64,000 nt of DNA from a virus. The translations under genes were made by a program, and so were the position numbers. Below, piece by piece: positions 28,541 to 36,400 of the stretch. The first letter of the stretch is position 1; each line of letters opens with the position of its first letter. The notes beneath the pieces are model-generated. The model saw only the letters and a list, made by a program, of their open reading frames with translations, was not told where the DNA came from and searched no databases. The stretch covers positions 49,681-113,680 of the IMG/VR virus record IMGVR_UViG_3300020159_001521; one strand, given 5' to 3'.

Positions 28541-28873
28541 TTATTTCTTTTTAGCAGACTTCTTAACTATCTTACCACCCTTCTTCATATTACCAAGAGT
28601 TCTTTCCTGAACCTTTGTCCAAGCTCCTTTAGGATCAACCATAGGGGCTTTAACCTTCTTACTAGCTACACCACCAGCTTGCATTTTGCTTGCAAGACCT
28701 TTTACAAAAGCCTTACCACGCTCTAAACGTGTATCTCTTTCAATCATTCTGTTAGCAACACGTTCTGCTCTTTCAGGATTCTTATCTGAGATTCTACCAA
28801 GTCTTTTATATTGACCTTTCCTCAAAGATGGTGTGGCACTAATGCCAACTTGAGCTTTCTTTGCCTTTGCCAT
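28541..28873 (-). CDS. Lys/Arg-rich protein
   Basis: MAKAKKAQVG start; MQAGG and MKKGG motifs. Confidence 0.7.
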   Translation of the reverse strand: MAKAKKAQVGISATPSLRKGQYKRLGRISDKNPERAERVANRMIERDTRLERGKAFVKGLASKMQAGGVASKKVKAPMVDPKGAWTKVQERTLGNMKKGGKIVKKSAKKK

Positions 28874-28875
28874 AG

Positions 28876-29274
28876 TTATTTCTTTTTACCTTTGTATTTA
28901 TAATCAGGATTGTCCTTGTGCCATTTCTTTGTAGAAGCAACGCCTTGTTTAACTGTCTTAGCTCTACCAATTTTTGTGAGGTTGATGGTGTCCCATTTAC
29001 CTTTGTCTTTGGTAGGATGGTTTACAATTATGTCTCCTTTGGTAGCTTTAGTACTATTTTTCTTAGATTTATAAACTACGTGCTTCTCACCACCAGCATT
29101 TACTGTCACCTTACCACCACTCTTTAATGTACTTCCTTTAAATGGTCCTTTCTTTTTAACAAGAGGACCATCAGGAACAGGAGTGATGTTACCACCACGT
29201 TTAAGAACTCCCTTACCAACATAAGCTTCTGCTTTCTGTGGATTGTACACTTTGGTTTTAGGAATTCTAGGCAT
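28876..29274 (-). CDS. Lys-rich protein
   Basis: LKRGG and LKSGG motifs; 2-nt spacing to neighbours. Confidence 0.7.
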   Translation of the reverse strand: MPRIPKTKVYNPQKAEAYVGKGVLKRGGNITPVPDGPLVKKKGPFKGSTLKSGGKVTVNAGGEKHVVYKSKKNSTKATKGDIIVNHPTKDKGKWDTINLTKIGRAKTVKQGVASTKKWHKDNPDYKYKGKKK

Positions 29275-29276
29275 GG

Positions 29277-29420
29277 TTATTTACCTTTAGCTTTAATCTT
29301 CTTTTCTTGCTTGAGCATTGCCGAATTTGGCTTCTTTCCACTTCCTTTATTGGCACGAATATTGTCCCACAAACCACGTTGTGAAACACTTCCATCTTTA
29401 CGTTTAATCATTTGTTTCAT
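29277..29420 (-). CDS. small Lys-rich protein (47 aa)
   Basis: Translated manually: MKQMIKRKDGSVSQRGLWDNIRANKGSGKKPNSAMLKQEKKIKAKGK. Confidence 0.7.
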   Translation of the reverse strand: MKQMIKRKDGSVSQRGLWDNIRANKGSGKKPNSAMLKQEKKIKAKGK

Positions 29421-29659
29421 AAAGAACTATTGTCTTTTTGTTCTGTTTCTTCTGCTATTCCGTCTTCTACAGCTCTGGCAAGAATATTCTCCACCACTTT
29501 GTTTCCTTCGTTAACAAGAAGGATGCGTTGTGCTTCTTCTGTGCCAAGAACAGCTCTCATTGAATTAAGCAACAATCCAAACTCAGATCCTGTCAATTTA
29601 AACTCATCTGTAGGAGCCCATTTATAAGCTTTATTTGGATCAAATGTCTTCTTTTCCAT
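29417..29659 (-). CDS. hypothetical protein, first gene of the basic-protein cluster
   Basis: 80-aa ORF; candidate -7 element TACATTCG at 29684-29691 on the minus strand. Confidence 0.7.
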   Translation of the reverse strand: MEKKTFDPNKAYKWAPTDEFKLTGSEFGLLLNSMRAVLGTEEAQRILLVNEGNKVVENILARAVEDGIAEETEQKDNSSL

Positions 29660-29722
29660 ATATTTAATTTTTGGTTTTAGGGGCGAATGTAATAAATTAA
29701 AATGAATTTACCAAATTTATTT

Positions 29723-30304
29723 TTACCATGTTGCTATTGCTACACGCTTCCATGTATTGGTTGCTGTACAAACGTATATGTGGTTAGCATCAATTCTTAT
29801 TTCTCCAAGAGTTCCTGTTGCTGCTGCTGTTGCAGGAGCTGTGTTTAGTGCTGAGAGATTGTATTGTGTACCTCTTATTGTACCAGCTACATCTAATTTA
29901 TATCCAGTATTGCTATCACCTGTTCCTATACCTACATTACCATCAAGAAATATTCGTACATTCTCAGTGTTGTTTGTTCCAAACACCAATGGGTGATTAC
30001 TAAATGTACCTATTGCAAATGGTAAACCTTGTGTAAATATTAATGTAGCAGTGTTTCCAGCAAAACCAAATCTTGTATTTCCTGACTGACCAACATATGA
30101 AGTACTTGATGTGAAAGTACTTATTATTAGACTAGACGTTGCACTTATGTTGCTATTTCCTAAAGTGTTTGGTCCAACGTATTTTGGAATAAAATTAGTT
30201 GTTCCTGTTCCTATAGAACTACCAATTAAGTCATCAAGATTCAACCATCCTTTGTATCCTTTCTGTACCTTTTCCCAATAGCCTGTTTTAATAAACGTTG
30301 GCAT
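29723..30304 (-). CDS. short fibre/decoration-like virion protein
   Basis: GNVGIGT...KLDVAG and C-terminal GTLGEIR.D..HIYVC...NTWKR motifs; N-terminus shared with 39590..40555. Confidence 0.65.
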   Translation of the reverse strand: MPTFIKTGYWEKVQKGYKGWLNLDDLIGSSIGTGTTNFIPKYVGPNTLGNSNISATSSLIISTFTSSTSYVGQSGNTRFGFAGNTATLIFTQGLPFAIGTFSNHPLVFGTNNTENVRIFLDGNVGIGTGDSNTGYKLDVAGTIRGTQYNLSALNTAPATAAATGTLGEIRIDANHIYVCTATNTWKRVAIATW

Positions 30305-30309
30305 ATATA

Positions 30310-30594
30310 TTAATTTAATTCTATTTCAAAAACAATTGTTGCAGAACTCTTAATCGACTTGCTCAAATTGAGCTTTATGTGTAAGAGATTGTGGAATTTT
30401 AATATCTCCTCTAGAAGCATATCGTTGTACATGGGTACAGATGGTGCTAATCTGAAATGCAGAGAATTAGGATTTCTTGTCACTTCCAATGTACACAGCT
30501 CATCAACTGATTCAATTATTCCCTCTAGATGTGCCAGATAAGCTATTTCATTATCTGGCAACACCTTAGGAAAGAATCTTGTGTTAATTTGCAT
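30310..30594 (-). CDS. hypothetical protein
   Basis: TAATG coupling with the ferritin-like gene. Confidence 0.65.
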   Translation of the reverse strand: MQINTRFFPKVLPDNEIAYLAHLEGIIESVDELCTLEVTRNPNSLHFRLAPSVPMYNDMLLEEILKFHNLLHIKLNLSKSIKSSATIVFEIELN

Positions 30595-31007
30595 TAGCTC
30601 AGTGTTAGCAGATACTTTGTTTTAGCAGCTTCGCCAGATAGTGCATCAGCCAGATTTGCTATATCGTGATAGGAATTACCTTCAGCATAGCTCTTTAAAC
30701 TAGATGAAAAGCTAAGAAGTTCACTAACAACAGCATCTGGTGTAGAGCTTGTCAATTGTTCCATCTTAACTGTTCCAGGTCTTTTTCCTGTATATCCCAT
30801 AAGCTTCTCTATAACACCATCTTTAAAATCATGTACATAATCGTACAATCCTCCAAGAGCTTGATGCGTAGCGTAGCTGCTTGTCTGCCAATGCAATAAG
30901 TGTAGCTGCTCATGAAAATACGTAAGCTTGCTAGCAATTGCTTCCAGAGACATTTCTTGAGGAGAAGACTTAATCATCTCCTCAGGAAAAAGTGATTTTA
31001 ATGCCAT
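30594..31007 (-). CDS. ferritin/Dps-like four-helix protein
   Basis: LHLLHWQT.SYA.H.ALG.LYD...D..IE..MG...YLLTL pattern. Confidence 0.75.
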   Translation of the reverse strand: MALKSLFPEEMIKSSPQEMSLEAIASKLTYFHEQLHLLHWQTSSYATHQALGGLYDYVHDFKDGVIEKLMGYTGKRPGTVKMEQLTSSTPDAVVSELLSFSSSLKSYAEGNSYHDIANLADALSGEAAKTKYLLTLS

Positions 31008-31031
31008 TATGATAAGTTTTGTTATTTGCCA

Positions 31032-31427
31032 CTAAGCCTTCAAGATGTTGTCATACTTAACTCTCAAATAACCAATGTTGTGGTCAAACACTACAAAACT
31101 AGGATTGAGTTCCATTGCTTGTTGAGCAAGTACACCTTTTGTAGGATTGTTAGCAACACCAAGAGATACAGCTTTAGCATTCCATTCCCAAGTGTATTCA
31201 GGAAGGCTTCCTATAAAGTTACCTGTAGCTCTAATGTTTCTTTTCAGACGGATATCTGATACAGTGGTAGTTGTAGTGGTGGTAGGAGCACAGCACTCAT
31301 ATGCTTGTATCTCAATCCATTTACCCACCTTAGGCATCTTCTTCCTGAGAATAAGGCTCCCAGGCACCACTCGCCCAGAACCATCAAAGCGTACATACGC
31401 TTTCAAATCTTTACGATTGTTTCCCAT
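31032..31427 (-). CDS. small poly-Thr protein fused to a peptidase S74 (intramolecular chaperone) domain
   Basis: CCAP-T7-V followed by SDIRLKRNI...Y.W.WN...GVLAQ...GYLRV.Y. Confidence 0.75.
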   Translation of the reverse strand: MGNNRKDLKAYVRFDGSGRVVPGSLILRKKMPKVGKWIEIQAYECCAPTTTTTTTVSDIRLKRNIRATGNFIGSLPEYTWEWNAKAVSLGVANNPTKGVLAQQAMELNPSFVVFDHNIGYLRVKYDNILKA

Positions 31428-31445
31428 TTTACTTAATTTTTGCTT

Positions 31446-32465
31446 TTAATAATTGAAATTGTATTTCTGTTTGACATCAAACATTCGTGTTACGTAGTAG
31501 TGATTACAAAGTGTTTTACTGAGTTCACTATTCAGCACTTCCTCTAGATGAGGATCTTGGAAAGGGTTTTTTCCTGAATGATAGAGTCCTTTGTAGAATG
31601 TTGGAATTGCTCCTTGGTTATTAGCTACAATGCCTGCATTGTGTAATATACCCACCCTATCTAGTTTCTCTATTCCATCTGAACTCCATGCGAATTCCAT
31701 TTCAGGAATCACTCTTGTTTCTTTCTCTCTGAGCCACAGATTCCAAAGCACAGCCCACATATCAGCACACCAACTCTGGAACCCTTTGTTCTCATTCTCA
31801 AAGAACTGTCTATTTACGTTCATTAAATATGACCTAATCATCAGACAATGACTTGTCACATTATCCCAAAACCCTGCATCTATGTTCTTAAGGAGATATT
31901 GTGCTCCTCCAGAATGTAGATTGTTCTTTTCACATATCTCTCTTGTTATTCCAACTAAACTTGTGGTTTCAGAGAGAATATCTGTTTTCTCGTAGTCTTC
32001 CAGTTTTTCAGGAAGAACATCTTTTATCTTACTATCAAAATATGATGCACTTATGTAACTGTTTGTATCAGACAGATAACAAATATCATCATCTATATAA
32101 GCGTCTATGTTAAATCTTTCTGTGAATACGATGTCACAATCGCAATAGAAGATTGCCTTATTCACCATCTCTGGATGTTCTTTGAAGTATTTCATCAAAG
32201 TGTAAGGACGTAATACAGGAATGTAGAGGCTAAATGTTTTGCTTATACCATCTACATCTTTGTAATATGCAAATTCAGATTCTGGATAGAGAGCTTCCAG
32301 GTCTTTCCATTTCTCATTGAAGTCTCTGAAGTTTGGTGTGAAGACAAGAACAATAGCCTTGTCACTCTTACCAATCATCTTTAAACTCTCAAGCCATGTG
32401 TGCACTTGCCAAACGTAGTAATCATCATCTGGCTGTACGCAGACGAATTTAAGATCCTTTGCCAT
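31446..32465 (-). CDS. GT-A glycosyltransferase resembling plant protein O-glycosyltransferases (GT95/GT96-like)
   Basis: Y..WQ, LRPY.L..YF, YCDCDIVF (DXD), GGAQYL, W.ADMWA, ILHNAG motifs. Confidence 0.6.
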   Translation of the reverse strand: MAKDLKFVCVQPDDDYYVWQVHTWLESLKMIGKSDKAIVLVFTPNFRDFNEKWKDLEALYPESEFAYYKDVDGISKTFSLYIPVLRPYTLMKYFKEHPEMVNKAIFYCDCDIVFTERFNIDAYIDDDICYLSDTNSYISASYFDSKIKDVLPEKLEDYEKTDILSETTSLVGITREICEKNNLHSGGAQYLLKNIDAGFWDNVTSHCLMIRSYLMNVNRQFFENENKGFQSWCADMWAVLWNLWLREKETRVIPEMEFAWSSDGIEKLDRVGILHNAGIVANNQGAIPTFYKGLYHSGKNPFQDPHLEEVLNSELSKTLCNHYYVTRMFDVKQKYNFNY

Positions 32466-32492
32466 ATGTAATTTTGGTTTATTGTTTCCTTA

Positions 32493-32633
32493 TTAAGGAG
32501 CCACAGTTGTAGTGGTGGTAGTAGTGGTAGCAGGTCCTGCTGTTATTTGAATCAGTCTTTCTAACTTCTTAGAAATCTGCCAAAGCAAATTAGACTCGTT
32601 GCTCCAACCAATTTGTTTATTAGGAACTGCCAT
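32493..32633 (-). CDS. 46-aa poly-Thr peptide sharing its N-terminus with fibre protein 38118..39587
   Basis: Translated manually: MAVPNKQIGWSNESNLLWQISKKLERLIQITAGPA-T8-VAP. Confidence 0.8.
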   Translation of the reverse strand: MAVPNKQIGWSNESNLLWQISKKLERLIQITAGPATTTTTTTTVAP

Positions 32634-32668
32634 AATTAAAAGTTTTAACGAAGAGAAGAGGGAGGCTA

Positions 32669-32842
32669 TTAAGCCTCTCCTCCTTTGTCTTCTTCTTTGA
32701 GAATTTTCTCACTAACGGTGTTAAAAGCTGTGATAGCTGCAAGTGAGTCGTTTAAGGATTTAAACAGTCCTTTTTCACTTGCGAGGTCAAGAATCATTTT
32801 GATCACCTCAAGAGCTTGCTTTTCTGTCATTTGTGGATTCAT
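32669..32842 (-). CDS. small hypothetical protein (57 aa)
   Basis: Translated manually: MNPQMTEKQALEVIKMILDLASEKGLF...; preceded by TATATTTG. Confidence 0.65.
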   Translation of the reverse strand: MNPQMTEKQALEVIKMILDLASEKGLFKSLNDSLAAITAFNTVSEKILKEEDKGGEA

Positions 32843-32867
32843 ACTAGTTGATTTTTAATTGTTTACG

Positions 32868-32875
32868 CAAATATA
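32868..32875 (-). promoter_or_regulatory. -7 promoter element TATATTTG
   Basis: CAAATATA on the + strand, intergenic, upstream of the 32842-29723 gene run. Confidence 0.65.
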
Positions 32876-32881
32876 ATAACC

Positions 32882-33175
32882 TTATGGGACAATGACAACA
32901 TTAAGTTTAGCAGCTACAATTACGTAAGCTTCAGCATTAACATCACTACTAGCTCCCCAGTCAATATACTCTTGACCAGAAATACCTTCGTTACCTACGG
33001 ACAACACTTGTCCACCGATTACATTACCTTCTGCATCTGTAACATCTGCTGATTTAAGTTCATAATAGAACGTAGCTGCTGTAGCCAAATCATCATTAAT
33101 GATGCGAAGATTGAATTGTGTAGCTTCTTTCACTACACCATTTACCCAAATACTAACTGGTTCAATTTGTGCCAT
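32882..33175 (-). CDS. hypothetical virion-associated protein
   Basis: IEPVSIW.NG motif; lies downstream of the fibre genes. Confidence 0.65.
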   Translation of the reverse strand: MAQIEPVSIWVNGVVKEATQFNLRIINDDLATAATFYYELKSADVTDAEGNVIGGQVLSVGNEGISGQEYIDWGASSDVNAEAYVIVAAKLNVVIVP

Positions 33176-33194
33176 TTTGTTTGAATTTTAATTG

Positions 33195-33485
33195 TTAAAT
33201 AATTTCTGCTTGTATATCTTCTGTTACAACACCCTCTTCTACAGGAGCTGGTTGAACAAACCAACCGTTTGCTTCCATATAAGCTTGGTCTTGTAAAGAT
33301 GCTATTTCTTCTTCTGTAAGGAGATTTTCTTGGTCTTCAGGAATCTGAAGAGCGCCTTCAAGTGTGGTAGGATGAACTATCCATCCAAACCAATATTGTG
33401 TAACACCCGAGCAGCCTTGAGCTACAGCTATCTCGTGACTTCTGTCTTGTGCTTCTTGCTCTGTAGGGAAAATCAAATAAAGCAT
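33195..33485 (-). CDS. small acidic protein, possible fibre chaperone
   Basis: Starts 1 nt after the stop of the large lectin-like spike gene. Confidence 0.6.
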   Translation of the reverse strand: MLYLIFPTEQEAQDRSHEIAVAQGCSGVTQYWFGWIVHPTTLEGALQIPEDQENLLTEEEIASLQDQAYMEANGWFVQPAPVEEGVVTEDIQAEII

Positions 33486-33486
33486 A

Positions 33487-36400
33487 TTAGTATATTTTAT
33501 AATAGTTGTTTATGTTGGATTGTATAGGGATTCTAGAAGGTAATTGATTTGTGGTATACAATATAATCTCTTGCATTTCTCCATTGAATGTAAATGACCC
33601 ACCAACACCACCAAGAGTAGCAAATGAAGATGCCGTATTAGATGTAGTTCCGTCTGTCAAGAAAGATGTATTTGATCCGTCAATTACCCCATTAACATAT
33701 TGGAAACCATCGCTCGTTAAGTATTGAATAGCGGAATAAAGTAAAGCTTGAGCATTTATCGATATCGACCCAGTAAGAGCACTAACTGTATCTCCGTCTA
33801 ATCTTCTAGCATCTATTTTATATACAGATCCATCTATATACGGACCAAATCTAACAGTACCCGAAGAAGTACTGAAGAATATTATTACCTTAGCTATAGC
33901 AGCAGCTGGGTTATTGGTAACAACTGAGAACATATTAGCATATCCAACATTCTGAAGTGTATTCAATCCATTTGGAATATTGAAGTTGTCATTAGTTCCA
34001 TCAAAGAAAACAGCTGGTTTTCCGTTCTCCGTATCCACCACCCCAGCATTCACTATCCTCGGTTGGTTAGCAGCAGTTCCTTGAACAGCATTTCTAGCAT
34101 TACCACTCTGATCATACCACGTTGTTACAAATCCACTGTTAGCACCTACGAAGGCTACTAATGAGGCTATATCTAAATCACCCCCGAACGTGCCATATAT
34201 ATCCCTCTCTACGTTATCACTACTCCTCCTCACTCTGATCAATGGACCAGTGTAGGCAGAGCTGAGGTTGCGGAGAGAATATGCTGCACTAGCTCCACTG
34301 TAGTTATCAAGTAGTGCTGTTCCGTTTCCTTGCCAGTAGATTTGGTAGTAGGAATTGATGTTGGAAGATATGGTTGGTCTGTTGGATAATTGGTTTGACA
34401 TATATAACACAAGCTCAGAAGCTTCTGCGTTTGATCTTTCTAATGCAAGACCTCCTATTAAATTAAATGACGAAGAAAGAGATGTGTACGTTAATGGACC
34501 ACTAAGAGAAAGTTGAACTCCGTTTAGAAATGCATTTGCAGATGAGCCTCTAGAAAAACCGCTTGTCAGATTAAATGTAGTTGATAGTTCTGAAACTGTA
34601 TAATAATAGTCAGTACTACCATCATTTTGAAGATATAAATTACCATCAGAATATCTACCAAAGAATACTGATGGTGGTCCAGTAACTGAACCAACTCCAA
34701 ATCCTATAGCAGACGGACTGTTACTTCTTGCAGTATAAAACATAGACCAATCCAAATTGCTTGTTTCAATGTTCGGCATAGTAAAACTATCCGTCCCATC
34801 AAAGAACAAAGATGGTTTATTCCCCTCACTCTCCACTCCTCCACTGTTAACTATTCTTGGTTGAGAAGCTGCTGTGGCTTGAATGGCATCTCTTCTTTGA
34901 GAGACGGTGGTGGTGGTGGCTGTGTAGGGTTGTAAAGTACCTTCACTTAGTTGAGCGCCCCAAATGTATACTCCCGAACCAACAACTCCAAGATAGCTAA
35001 AAGTAGATCCGTTTGTCAATAGCCCACATTGAATAATGTGAGCACCAGTTTTGTTAGTGTTTCCAGTTACTGTACATCTGTACCATCCATCTCCAACTGG
35101 AGTTATCGAATTTCCCAAATTTACACTAGCTCCAGTGGCATTACTTGAAAATACGGTTCCATTAGATAGATTAAATACGCATCCAAAGTAATCAAATGGG
35201 GCACTACCTAAAAACATACCAACACTAGCAAAAGTTCTTTCTGCAGCTTTCAAATAAAAAGATACAGTAAATGTAGATGCTGTTGCTATGCTATATGTCT
35301 GCCCAATCCAGTGCTGGTCATTTACAGCAGTTTCATTAAGTTTATCAGCAGTTAGTGTTCCATCGGGAGCAGCTGTACTGTCTTGAGTGATAGATGAATT
35401 AGATTTACTCCAACTAGCATTCTCAAATGTTTGACTCTGCAACAACAGATTCTGATAGTTATTATCTTGTGTGTACCACTTAGTGACAAAAGCATTTGCG
35501 CCATTGACAGCTGTTGTGGTGGTTGGGATGTAGGGTTGGAGGATGCCCGTGTTTAGTTGTGCTCCCCATACATATATCCCCGAACCAGCGGTTCCAATAT
35601 AAAATCGTTGAAATGAATTATCAAGTATTTCTATTTGTACAGAATGATTTCCAATGGTGTTAGTGTTGCCAGTGACAGAACATCTGTACCAGCCATTCCC
35701 AACAGACTGAATAGATGAAGATATAAAAACTGCAGCTGCATCACTTCCATTTTTATATACAGTACCATTTGACAAATCAAAATAAGAGTTAAAGTTGCTA
35801 TATGTGCCGCTACTTAGATAAAAAACTACAAATATTTTTGACCTCTCTGCTGCTTTAGCATAAAATGACAATGTGTAAGTAGATGATGCAGGAACATTAG
35901 ATCCTTGATATGCAGCATGTTGCCCACCAACAGCAGTCTCCGTAATCTTATCAGCAGTAAGTGTACCATCGGGGGCTATAGTAGCATTTGCAGTTATAGT
36001 ACTACCAACTTTAGTCCAAACTGCATTCGTAAAATCCTCCGAGTTCGTCAAAAGATTCTGTCCACCCGTAAATGACAACAGAGAAGCTACATCCAAATCA
36101 CCACTGTATGTACCACCAATATCTGTCTCTGCGTTGTCAGAGCTTCTTCTCACTCTTATTAATGGTCCTCTGTATGAAGAGGATAGGTTTCTTAATGAAT
36201 AAGCAGCTGCTGCTCCCCCGAACTGATCCAATAACCCACTACTAGCACCAGTCCAATGGGTTTGGTAATAAGCTCCTATGTTACGTTCGATATCTGCTCT
36301 AGTGGATGTACGGTCTGAGTTGTATACAATGATCTCACCAATCTCACCGCCCATAAAAATTTCATTAGCATTTAGTGAACCTCTTGTTGCTCCAATTTGA

